Assembly: GCA_024763475.1 (NCBI GenBank)
Contig: JANTFM010000002.1
Span: 1-42,091 of the forward strand
From: Acidobacteriota bacterium
Lineage (GTDB): Bacteria; Acidobacteriota; Polarisedimenticolia; J045
Length of the DNA: 42,091 bases
Direction of reading: 5' to 3'
In this document: positions 24,604-32,838 of the stretch, in pieces
How the letters are laid out: each line of letters starts with the position of its first letter
Position numbering within the stretch: the stretch's first letter is position 1
Translations under genes and position numbers: made by a program
Notes under the pieces: generated by a model
What the model was told of the DNA's origin: nothing
What the model saw: only the letters and a program-made list of their open reading frames with translations
Database searches by the model: none

Positions 24604-27600
24604 ATGGAGCTCACAATGCGGATTCTTCGTTGGGTCGTTCTTCTCGCGCTCACCACCTTTCTGCCAATCTCCCTCGCCACCGACAGCCCGGACGAGGAGA
24701 GTCCCTCTCCAGCCAAGATCTTCTCGGGCCTGAAGCTGCGCTCGATCGGGCCCGCTCTGATGTCCGGTCGCATCGCAGACATCGCGGTCCATCCCGAGAA
24801 CAAGAACATCTGGTACGTGGCCGTCGGCTCGGGCGGCGTCTGGAAGACGGAAAACCGGGGCACCACCTGGACCTCGATCTTCGATGGCCAGTCTTCCTAT
24901 TCGATCGGCTGTGTGACCATCGACCCGCGAAACCCCAACCGGGTCTGGGTCGGTACGGGAGAGAATGTCGGCGGCCGTCATGTCGGCTACGGCGATGGAA
25001 TCTACCGCAGCCAGGACGGTGGTCAGACCTGGGAAAATCTGGGCCTCGCGGAGACCGAACACATCTCAAAGATCATGATTGATCCCCGCGATTCGAAAGT
25101 CATCTTCGTTGCCGCCCAGGGGCCGCTCTGGTCACCCGGCGGAGAGCGAGGTCTGTATCAGAGTTCAGACGATGGCAAGACCTGGACGAAGATCCTCGGA
25201 GCTGGAGAGTGGACGGGCGTCACGGACATCGCGATGGATCCTCGGGATCCCGATCTGCTCTACGCCGCAACCTGGCAGCATCAGCGAAGCGTCGCCGCGT
25301 ACATGGGGGGGGGTCCCGAGTCCGGGATCCACAAGTCCACCGATGGGGGCAAGACCTGGCGGCGACTCGCGAAGGGACTCCCCGAGGGGGACATGGGCAA
25401 GATCGGCCTCGCCATCTCTCCCCAACAGCCTGACGTGGTCTATGCGGTCATCGAGCTCGAGCAACGCACGGGCGGCTTCTTTCGCTCGGCCGATCGCGGT
25501 GAGAGTTGGGAGAAGATGTCCAATGCCGTGGGTCGGGCGACCGGTCCCCACTACTACAACGAGCTGGCCGCGAGTCCCCACGTCTTCGACCGCGTGTACC
25601 TCCTGGACCTGCGGATCCAGGTCACTGACGACGGGGGCCGGCACTTCCGCGACATGAAGGAAGAAGCCAAGCATAGCGACAATCATGCGCTCGTCTTCGA
25701 TGCCGACGATCCGAACTACCTGCTGACCGGAACCGACGGCGGACTCTACGAGAGCTTCGACCTCGAACAGAACTGGCGCTTCGTCGCCAACCTGCCGGTC
25801 ACCCAATTCTACAAGATCGCCGTCGATGATGATCTTCCCTTCTACAACATCTATGGCGGCACCCAGGACAACAGCACCCAGGGCGGGCCGTCCCGCACCG
25901 ACAACAAGAACGGGATCCGCAACGAGGACTGGAAGCTCACGCTCTTCGCGGATGGACACCAGCCTGCGGTCGAACCTGGCAATCCGGATATCGTTTACTC
26001 CGAGTGGCAGCAGGGAAATCTCGTCCGTTACGACCGCACGACGGGCGAGCAGACCTACATCCAACCCCAGCCGGAGCCCGGCGAGGATGCCGAGCGCTTC
26101 AACTGGGACTCGCCAATCCTCGTCAGCCCACACTCCCCGACCCGTCTCTTCTACGGCAGCCAAAGGGTGTGGAAATCGGAAGATCGCGGTGATAGCTGGG
26201 AAGCGATCAGCCCGGACCTGACCCGTCACGAGAACCGGCTGCTGCTTCCCTTGATGGGACGCCGCTGGAGCTGGAACTCTGGCTGGGATCTCGACGCAAT
26301 GTCGTATTACAACACGATCACTTCGCTCGCCCAGTCTCCCCTCGAAGCCGATCTCATCTATGCCGGCACGGACGACGGGCTGCTCCAGGTCACCGAGGAC
26401 GGTGGCAAGACCTGGCGACCCATCGAAGTGGGTGATCTTCCCGGCGTTCCCGCAACCGCTTTCATCAACGACGTGAAGGCCGATCTCTACGACGCCGACA
26501 CGGTCTACCTTGCGCTGGACAACCACAAGAACGGTGATTTCGCCCCCTATCTCTACCGCAGCACGAATCGGGGCCGCACGTGGAAGTCCATCGCCGGAGA
26601 CCTGCCGGACAGGCACTTGGTCTGGCGCATCGTCCAGGATCATGTCAGCTCGAAGCTCTTCTTCGCGGGCACGGAATTCGGGGTCTTCTTCACACGCGAT
26701 GGCGGCGAGAAATGGATCAGGCTCGAAGGCGATGCACCAACCATTCCCTTCCGGGATCTTGCGATTCAGCGTCGGGAGAACGACCTGGTCTGCGCTTCCT
26801 TCGGGAGGAGCCTTTACGTTCTGGATGACTACACGCCGCTGCGAGGGCTGAGCGACGAGACGCTGGCGAGCGGGGCATCCCTCTTCCCTGTTCGCAAGGC
26901 CTGGTGGTACATACCCCGCCGCCCGCTGGGACAGGGTGGAAAGGCGGGACAGGGAGCAGGGTACTACCTCGCGGAGAACCCACCCTTCGGCGCGGTGTTC
27001 ACCTACTACCTCGCGGAGGACCTTGAGAGCCTGAAGGACGCCCGGCAGAAGACGGAGAAGGTGCTCAAGAAAGACGGCAAGGACACGCCGGTCCCGGCCT
27101 GGAGCGAGCTTGAGAAGGAGCGCCGGGAGGAGGCGCCACTCGTCCTCCTGACCGTGCGCGATGCAGAGGGAGAGATCGTGCGCCGACTCACCGGCCCGGT
27201 AAAGAAAGGCTTCCATCGGGTCGCGTGGGATCTGCGCTATCCGGATGTCCGGGCCATCGGCTACAAGGCGCCCTTCGGTCCGCCGAACAGCAAGGACAGC
27301 TTCCTCGCGACTCCCGGGACCTACAGCGTGACCCTGTCCACCCGGAAAGACGGCGTCGTCTCGCAGCTCGCCGGACCCGAGACTTTTGACGTGGTACGTC
27401 TGCGCGAAGGCGCGCTCAAGGGATCCACGCCCCAGGAGATGGTGGCCTTCATGCAGCGGGTCGGCAGGATCCAGGGCGCCGTGACCGGTGCACAACAAGC
27501 CCTTGGCGAGGCATTCAAGGCTACCGATGCGCTGAGGACCGCGCTCGAGCGCTCACGAATCGCCCCGGGGGCAGCGCTCGACCTCGAGCTGCGTCAGCTC

Positions 27601-27903
27601 AAGAAGGCACTCTTCGAGATCCAGGAGAAGCTCGCCGGGGATCCCCAGCCCAAGCGTGCGATCGGTGAGGCCACCGTACCCTCGGTCATGCGCCGCCTGG
27701 GTATCGCGATCATGGCCAGCCGCAACTCGACCTATGGCCCCACGGCGACCCACAAGCGCAGCGTCGAGATCGCGGAAACCCAGTTCCGAACCTTGCGCGC
27801 GGAGTTGAGCCGCCTGATCGATACCGAACTGCCAGCATTGCGTCAGCGAATGGCGGAGGCCGGCGTCCCATGGACGCCGGGCCAGAAGGTGCCAGAGCTG
27901 TAG
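24604..27903 (+). CDS. Secreted sortilin/VPS10-like BNR (Asp-box) repeat beta-propeller protein, paralog 2
   Basis: 1099-aa ORF; the start could instead be the ATG at 24616. Signal-like RILRWVVLLALTTFLPISLA. Asp-boxes SQDGGQTW, SDDGKTW, STDGGKTW, SADRGESW, SEDRGDSW, TEDGGKTW, STNRGRTW, TRDGGEKW. Collinear with 1225..4521, for example NLPVTQFYKIAVDDDLPFYNIYGGTQDNSTQGGPSRT versus [37 protein letters not shown]. Confidence 0.88.
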   Translation: MELTMRILRWVVLLALTTFLPISLATDSPDEESPSPAKIFSGLKLRSIGPALMSGRIADIAVHPENKNIWYVAVGSGGVWKTENRGTTWTSIFDGQSSYSIGCVTIDPRNPNRVWVGTGENVGGRHVGYGDGIYRSQDGGQTWENLGLAETEHISKIMIDPRDSKVIFVAAQGPLWSPGGERGLYQSSDDGKTWTKILGAGEWTGVTDIAMDPRDPDLLYAATWQHQRSVAAYMGGGPESGIHKSTDGGKTWRRLAKGLPEGDMGKIGLAISPQQPDVVYAVIELEQRTGGFFRSADRGESWEKMSNAVGRATGPHYYNELAASPHVFDRVYLLDLRIQVTDDGGRHFRDMKEEAKHSDNHALVFDADDPNYLLTGTDGGLYESFDLEQNWRFVANLPVTQFYKIAVDDDLPFYNIYGGTQDNSTQGGPSRTDNKNGIRNEDWKLTLFADGHQPAVEPGNPDIVYSEWQQGNLVRYDRTTGEQTYIQPQPEPGEDAERFNWDSPILVSPHSPTRLFYGSQRVWKSEDRGDSWEAISPDLTRHENRLLLPLMGRRWSWNSGWDLDAMSYYNTITSLAQSPLEADLIYAGTDDGLLQVTEDGGKTWRPIEVGDLPGVPATAFINDVKADLYDADTVYLALDNHKNGDFAPYLYRSTNRGRTWKSIAGDLPDRHLVWRIVQDHVSSKLFFAGTEFGVFFTRDGGEKWIRLEGDAPTIPFRDLAIQRRENDLVCASFGRSLYVLDDYTPLRGLSDETLASGASLFPVRKAWWYIPRRPLGQGGKAGQGAGYYLAENPPFGAVFTYYLAEDLESLKDARQKTEKVLKKDGKDTPVPAWSELEKERREEAPLVLLTVRDAEGEIVRRLTGPVKKGFHRVAWDLRYPDVRAIGYKAPFGPPNSKDSFLATPGTYSVTLSTRKDGVVSQLAGPETFDVVRLREGALKGSTPQEMVAFMQRVGRIQGAVTGAQQALGEAFKATDALRTALERSRIAPGAALDLELRQLKKALFEIQEKLAGDPQPKRAIGEATVPSVMRRLGIAIMASRNSTYGPTATHKRSVEIAETQFRTLRAELSRLIDTELPALRQRMAEAGVPWTPGQKVPEL

Positions 27904-27930
27904 CTCCTGGCGAGAGAAGACACCAGCCAG

Positions 27931-28140
27931 CGCCTCTGTGTCTCACCCAGGAGATGATGGCGCGTTCGTATCTCGTTCAGCGCTCTCGCGTCTCGCTGAA
28001 GAGAAAACGGCGCGTTCGTATCTCATTCTGCGCTCCCGCATCTCGCTGAGGAGATGATGGCGCCTTCGTGTCTCATGCTGCGCTTTCGCGTCTCGCTGAG
28101 GAGATAACGGCGCGTTCGTGTCTCACTCAGGAGATGATGG
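27931..28140. repeat. Tandem array of 9 copies of a degenerate 20-mer (cgcNtNcgNRtctcNNNNNg); a 10-mer (gagaNNNNgg) follows 5 of the copies
   Basis: 20-mers start at 27931, 27961, 27981, 28011, 28031, 28061, 28081 and 28111, with higher-order periods of 50 and 100 bp. The array fills the convergent intergenic region. Its last unit overlaps the final codons and stop of the BCCP gene (ctcaggagatgatggcg). That same 17-mer-like segment recurs at about 27946 and about 28045. Confidence 0.85.
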
Positions 28141-28621
28141 CGATCTTCGCCTTCGCCTCAAGGGTGTCGCCTTCCGCAACGAACAGATCCGAAACGACGC
28201 CATCGCGGGGAGCCGAGACTTCGTTCTCCATCTTCATCGCCTCGAGCACGATGATGCCCTGTCCCTCCACGACCTCGTCTCCTTCCGTGACGAGGACCTT
28301 GACGACGCGTCCCGGCATCTGGACCGCGAGTTCTGCGGGACCATCCTTGCCCAGGTGCGCGCCCGCGGCCGCGGCGAGGGGATCGATGAGCATCACGGTC
28401 TGTTTGTCTCCCGCATGAAGCACGGAGAACTGGCCACGTTCTTCCTCGCGCACCGAGACTTCGTAGGACTTGCCCTCGACGATCAGCGAGTACGAGTCCG
28501 CGTCGAGCTTCGCGCTATCCACCTCGTAGCGCCTGTCCTCGATGGTGACGAAGAAGCTTCCGTCACTCGCCTCGACCTCGATGCTGCGCTCTTCGTCCCC
28601 GTAGAAACTCTTGAACTTCAT
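28127..28621 (-). CDS. Biotin carboxyl carrier protein (biotinyl domain) of an acyl-CoA carboxylase
   Basis: Biotinylation motif EAMKMEN near the C-terminus. The start overlaps the biotin carboxylase stop by 4 nt. Confidence 0.9.
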   Translation of the reverse strand: MKFKSFYGDEERSIEVEASDGSFFVTIEDRRYEVDSAKLDADSYSLIVEGKSYEVSVREEERGQFSVLHAGDKQTVMLIDPLAAAAGAHLGKDGPAELAVQMPGRVVKVLVTEGDEVVEGQGIIVLEAMKMENEVSAPRDGVVSDLFVAEGDTLEAKAKIAIIS

Positions 28622-30138
28622 GACAACCTCCCGAGCGCGCGAGCCCGGCCGAGACGCAGCCAGGTCGAATCACATCCCTTGCTTTCCGCCCCATCGCCAT
28701 GCCGCATGGCGGACTGGATTTTCGTCCGATAGGCGTGAACGGCGGCGGCGAGAATCGTGATCTCCTTCAGCGGGGCCGTGTCCGTCGTCATCAACTCGGC
28801 TTCGTGCTGCTCGATGAAGCTCGTGTCCATGTCTCCCTCCTGGAAGGAGGGATGATCCATCAGGCGCCTGAGGAAGGGGATATTGGTCGTGATGCCCTCG
28901 AGGCGGTACTCCTCGAGACCACGCTGCATGCGGCGAATCGCCTCTTCGCGACTCGCCCCCTTCGCGATCAACTTGCCGATCATCGGATCGTAACTGATAG
29001 GAATCGTGTAACCGGGCGCGACGGCTGAATCGTCACGCAGGCCGGGACCGCTCGGGATACGCACCGCACCGATCTTTCCCGGACAGGGCATGAAGTTGCG
29101 GTCGGGATCCTCGGCTGTGATCCGACACTCGATCGCATGACCGATCGGACGGATCTGGTCCTGGGTCCAGCGCAAGGTCTCGCCCGCGGCGACACGGATC
29201 TGCGCCTTGACGAGGTCACGACCGTAGACCTCCTCGGTCACGGGATGTTCGACCTGGAGCCGGGCGTTGACTTCCATGAAGTAGAAAGACCCGTTTGCGT
29301 CCCGCAGGAACTCGACCGTCCCGGCGCCAACATAGTCTGCAGCACGGGCGGCAGAGAGCGCCATCTCGCCCAGCTTCTGTCGCGTCTCGCTATCGATCAC
29401 CGGAGACGGCGCCTCTTCGACAACCTTCTGGTGCCGACGCTGGATCGAACATTCACGCTCGCCGAAGAAGAGGCCGTTCCCGAAACCGTCGAAGAGAACC
29501 TGCACCTCGATGTGGCGCGGTCGCTCGATGAAACGCTCGATGTAGACCGTCTCGTTGGCAAAGCTCGAACGAGCCTCCGACTGCGCACGCTCGAGAGACG
29601 AGGCCATCTCCGCCTCGTCGAAGACGACACGCATGCCCTTGCCCCCGCCACCGGCGGCGGCCTTGATGATCACCGGGAAGCCGATGCGCTTGGCCTCCGC
29701 GACAGCCTCCTGCGGCGTGCCAGTGAAGGCGCCCTCGGTCCCGGGCACGACCGGCACACCGGCGGCGATCATGCGCTTGCGGGCCTCGACCTTGTCGCCG
29801 ACGGCGCGCATCGCAGCCGCGGACGGCCCGATAAAGACGAGCCCGGCAGCGGCGCAGGCTTCGGCAAAATCGGCGTTCTCAGCCAGGAAACCGTATCCCG
29901 GATGGATCGCTTCCGCGCCAGTCTGCTTGGCCACCTCGATCAGCTTGTCGATGCGAAGATACGATTCGGAAGCGGGTGCCGGGCCAATCAGGACGGCCTC
30001 GTCGGCTTGGCGTACATGGGGTGCATCGCGATCGACCGCGGAGTACACCGCCACGGTCTTGACGCCGAGGTCCCAGCAGGCGCGAATGACGCGCACGGCG
30101 ATCTCTCCCCGGTTCGCAATGAGGACCTTCTTGAACAT
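28618..30138 (-). CDS. accC: Biotin carboxylase subunit (ATP-grasp)
   Basis: MFKKVLIANRGEIAVRVIRAC at the N-terminus, the GGGGKGMR glycine loop, and full-length ATP-grasp architecture. AAGGAG RBS 7 nt upstream. About 60 aa of C-terminal extension. Confidence 0.95.
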   Translation of the reverse strand: MFKKVLIANRGEIAVRVIRACWDLGVKTVAVYSAVDRDAPHVRQADEAVLIGPAPASESYLRIDKLIEVAKQTGAEAIHPGYGFLAENADFAEACAAAGLVFIGPSAAAMRAVGDKVEARKRMIAAGVPVVPGTEGAFTGTPQEAVAEAKRIGFPVIIKAAAGGGGKGMRVVFDEAEMASSLERAQSEARSSFANETVYIERFIERPRHIEVQVLFDGFGNGLFFGERECSIQRRHQKVVEEAPSPVIDSETRQKLGEMALSAARAADYVGAGTVEFLRDANGSFYFMEVNARLQVEHPVTEEVYGRDLVKAQIRVAAGETLRWTQDQIRPIGHAIECRITAEDPDRNFMPCPGKIGAVRIPSGPGLRDDSAVAPGYTIPISYDPMIGKLIAKGASREEAIRRMQRGLEEYRLEGITTNIPFLRRLMDHPSFQEGDMDTSFIEQHEAELMTTDTAPLKEITILAAAVHAYRTKIQSAMRHGDGAESKGCDSTWLRLGRARALGRLS

Positions 30139-30243
30139 AGTCAGCTCCTTGGCTCATGAGGACCGCGCAAGTCTCCCTCGCCAAACATGACAAGGAAGTT
30201 CCGGCACGGAACACTAGCCCGGATTGTGCATGAAGCTTCGAGT

Positions 30244-30389
30244 CGAAACGGCGTAGATGTACGCTGGCGTGCCCGCACAGAGGCTCAAACAGCCGAGGTG
30301 TACCTGTAGGGTACTCCGCAGGCTGTTTGAGCCGAGTACGGGTGCGAGGGCCCGAAAGGGCCCGGCCAGTGTGTAGATACGCTGTTTCG
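30244..30389. other. Nested-palindrome structured element in the carboxyltransferase / biotin carboxylase spacer (ncRNA, attenuator or REP/MITE-like element)
   Basis: Outer 24-bp imperfect stem 30244-30267 / 30366-30389. Inner perfect 13-bp stem ggctcaaacagcc / ggctgtttgagcc (30282-30294 / 30321-30333), which encloses a 5-bp stem-loop (30300-30314). A second hairpin gggccc-gaaa-gggccc lies at 30348-30363. Confidence 0.6.
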
Positions 30390-30418
30390 GCCGAAGGGCT
30401 CATGCATATTCCAGGCTT

Positions 30419-31963
30419 CTAGAGAGGGATATTGCCGTGCTTCTTCGGTGGAGAAACTTCGACCTTCGTCTCGAGCCGTCGCAACCCCATGATCAGGCGC
30501 TTGCGAGTATCTGCCGGTTCGATGACGCCATCGACGTATCCACGCTCCGCAGCGATGTAAGGATTCGCGAAGGTCTCTTTGTACTCCTCCGACTGCGCCT
30601 TCTTGTAAGTGAGCGGGTCGTCGGCTCTCTTGATCTGCCGCCTGTAGAGGATCTCGACGGCGCCATCGGCACCCATCACCGCGATCTCTGCCGTCGGCCA
30701 CGCGAGATTGAGATCCGTCCGCAAGTGCTTGCTCGCCATGACGCAGTAAGCACCGCCGTACGCCTTGCGCGTGATCACCGTCAGCTTCGGCACGGTCGCC
30801 TCGGCAAACGCGTAGAGCAGCTTCGCGCCGTGGATGATGATTCCGCCGTGCTCTTGGGCCACGCCAGGCAGGAAGCCGGGAACATCCTCAAAGGTGATCA
30901 AGGGGATGTTGAAGGCGTCGCAGAAGCGAACGAAGCGGGCACCCTTTTTCGAAGCGTCGATGTCGAGCACGCCCGCGAGCACCGCCGGCTGATTCGCCAC
31001 GATGCCGACCGAACGTCCATCGAGGCGCGCGAAGCCGACGACGATGTTCCCCGCATAATGCTCGTGAACCTCGAGGAAGTCGCCGTCGTCGACGATCATC
31101 TCGATCACCTTCTTGATGTCGTAGGGCTTGTTCGGGTTCTCCGGGACGATCCCGTTGAGTGCCTCTTCCCTGCGGTCCGGCGGATCGTCCGTCTTGATCT
31201 GCGGGGGGCTTTCGTGGTTGTTCTGGGGCAGGAAGGAAATCAGACGGCGAATCAATCCCAGCGCATGGGCATCATCGTTCGCAGCGAAGTGAGACACTCC
31301 GCTTGTCGAGGAGTGTGTCAGCGCACCACCGAGATCCTCCTTGGTCGTCTCCTCATGGGTCACCGCTCGGATCACGTCGGGACCCGTGATGAACATGTAG
31401 GAGCTGTCCTTGACCATGACCGTGAAGTCCGTGATCGCTGGAGAATAGACCGCACCACCGGCGCAAGGCCCCATGATGGCGGAGATCTGCGGGATCACAC
31501 CGGAGACGAGGGTGTTGCGAAGGAAAATATCCGCATAGCCAGCCAGCGACGCGGCTCCTTCCTGGATTCGCGCACCTCCCGAATCGTTGAGGCCGAGGCA
31601 GGGACAGCCCATCTTGAGGGCCATGTCCATGATCTTGCAGATCTTCGCAGCGTAGGTCTCGGAGAGCGAGCCGCCAAAGACGGTGAAGTCCTGCGCGAAG
31701 ATCGCGATGGCCCGGCCATCGATACGGCCGAATCCCGTGATGACACCATCCCCCGGGATCTTCGTCTTTTCCATCTCGAAGTCGGTACAACGATGAACCA
31801 CCAGCGCATCCATCTCCTCGAAGGAGCCCGGATCGAGCAGAAGCTCGATGCGCTCGCGGGCACTGAGCTTGCCTGCATCGTGCTGGCGCTGGATACGTTC
31901 CTCGCCACCACCCTTCCTCGCTTGCGCCATGCGCTCGTGAAGCTCGCTAATCTTCTCAACCAT
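30419..31963 (-). CDS. Acyl-CoA carboxylase carboxyltransferase subunit (propionyl-CoA carboxylase beta / methylmalonyl-CoA decarboxylase alpha family)
   Basis: ATG at 31963 ([12 protein letters not shown]...) with a GGAGG RBS 6 nt upstream. Carboxyltransferase motifs [29 protein letters not shown] and [13 protein letters not shown]. Confidence 0.93.
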   Translation of the reverse strand: MVEKISELHERMAQARKGGGEERIQRQHDAGKLSARERIELLLDPGSFEEMDALVVHRCTDFEMEKTKIPGDGVITGFGRIDGRAIAIFAQDFTVFGGSLSETYAAKICKIMDMALKMGCPCLGLNDSGGARIQEGAASLAGYADIFLRNTLVSGVIPQISAIMGPCAGGAVYSPAITDFTVMVKDSSYMFITGPDVIRAVTHEETTKEDLGGALTHSSTSGVSHFAANDDAHALGLIRRLISFLPQNNHESPPQIKTDDPPDRREEALNGIVPENPNKPYDIKKVIEMIVDDGDFLEVHEHYAGNIVVGFARLDGRSVGIVANQPAVLAGVLDIDASKKGARFVRFCDAFNIPLITFEDVPGFLPGVAQEHGGIIIHGAKLLYAFAEATVPKLTVITRKAYGGAYCVMASKHLRTDLNLAWPTAEIAVMGADGAVEILYRRQIKRADDPLTYKKAQSEEYKETFANPYIAAERGYVDGVIEPADTRKRLIMGLRRLETKVEVSPPKKHGNIPL

Positions 31964-32168
31964 CTTCTTCCTCCACCGGAAGGTCGGCAGCAAGCCAGAC
32001 CTCCGGGCCTCCATCAACGAGGATCCCTTCCTTGAAGAGAGTCCTGATCTCGCGACTCAGCTCCACCCGCAGCCTGCGCGAATCGTGGGAACGACCAAGG
32101 CGCTCGGCGACCGTTTTCAAGAGCAGCGAGCGAACCGCCACGCCCCGCTCCCGCACGATCTCGAGCAC
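31956..32168 (-). CDS. Small hypothetical protein (70 aa) between the transaldolase and the carboxyltransferase
   Basis: GTG-initiated ORF with GC3-rich codons. Its stop overlaps the carboxyltransferase start by 8 nt. It has a weak HTH-like segment ([20 protein letters not shown]), a weak RBS, and no family I recognise. Confidence 0.35.
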   Translation of the reverse strand: MLEIVRERGVAVRSLLLKTVAERLGRSHDSRRLRVELSREIRTLFKEGILVDGGPEVWLAADLPVEEEDG

Positions 32169-32188
32169 GATCGCCCGAATCTGTGAGT

Positions 32189-32836
32189 CTACTGCGATGG
32201 CACCTGCTCCCAGTCCTTGAGAAACTGCTCGAGACCGCGCGTCGTCAGCGGGTGCTTGAGCAACGAATCGATCACCTTGAAGGGAATCGTCGCGACGTCC
32301 GCGCCGATGAGTGCGGACTGCACCACATGCATCGGCGAGCGGATACTGGCCACCAGGATCTCGGTATCAAAGCCGTAGTTATCGTAGATCTGGCGAATCT
32401 GGGTAATCAACTCCATCCCGTCCTGGGAGATGTCATCGAGCCGGCCTACGAAAGGAGAGATGTAGCTCGCACCCGCTTTCGCGGCCATCAGCGCCTGCAT
32501 TGGGTTGAAGCAGAGCGTGACGTTGGTCTTGATACCTTCGTTGGTACACCAGGAGATCGCCTTGAGCCCCTCCGAGATGATCGGGATCTTGATGACGATG
32601 TTCTCGTGCAATGACGAGAGCTCTTTAGCCTCGCCAATCATCCCCTCGAAGTCCACGGCCGTTACCTCGGCGCTGACCGGGCCATCTACAAGATCGAGAA
32701 TCTCCTCGAGGACCTCACGGAAGGGCCGCCTGGTCTTCGCGATGAGCGAGGGATTCGTGGTCACACCATCGAGGACACCAAGGGCCGTCGCCTCGCGAAT
32801 CTCGCCGACGTCGGCGGTGTCGATGAAGAACTTCAT
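32189..32836 (-). CDS. tal: Transaldolase, short TalC/Fsa (class I aldolase) type
   Basis: [16 protein letters not shown]...GVTTNPSLI at the N-terminus and the Schiff-base lysine context NIVIKIP. 215 aa. It starts 2 nt after the gyrA stop. Confidence 0.93.
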   Translation of the reverse strand: MKFFIDTADVGEIREATALGVLDGVTTNPSLIAKTRRPFREVLEEILDLVDGPVSAEVTAVDFEGMIGEAKELSSLHENIVIKIPIISEGLKAISWCTNEGIKTNVTLCFNPMQALMAAKAGASYISPFVGRLDDISQDGMELITQIRQIYDNYGFDTEILVASIRSPMHVVQSALIGADVATIPFKVIDSLLKHPLTTRGLEQFLKDWEQVPSQ

Positions 32837-32838
32837 GT

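Noticed and set aside
25165-27498. A 777-aa minus-strand ORF antisense to the second sortilin-like gene; also 1435..1920 and 2311..2754 antisense to the first
   Set aside because: The plus-strand frames carry signal peptides, Asp-box repeats and paralog-level conservation. The antisense translations are low-complexity (Arg/Gly/Val/Asp-rich) with no motifs.
27931-28140. Possible CRISPR array (also considered for 24354..24535)
   Set aside because: The repeat units are contiguous or separated by related sequence, not by unique spacers. The unit lengths of 20 and 27 nt and the degeneracy are atypical, and there are no cas genes in the window.
30437-32035. A 532-aa plus-strand ORF exactly mirroring the carboxyltransferase gene; similar mirror ORFs at 29137..30159, 36220..37476, 38875..40071, 40985..41704, 12862..14343 and 34..984
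   Set aside because: All are antisense to genes with unambiguous conserved motifs. They are a GC-rich shadow-ORF artefact.
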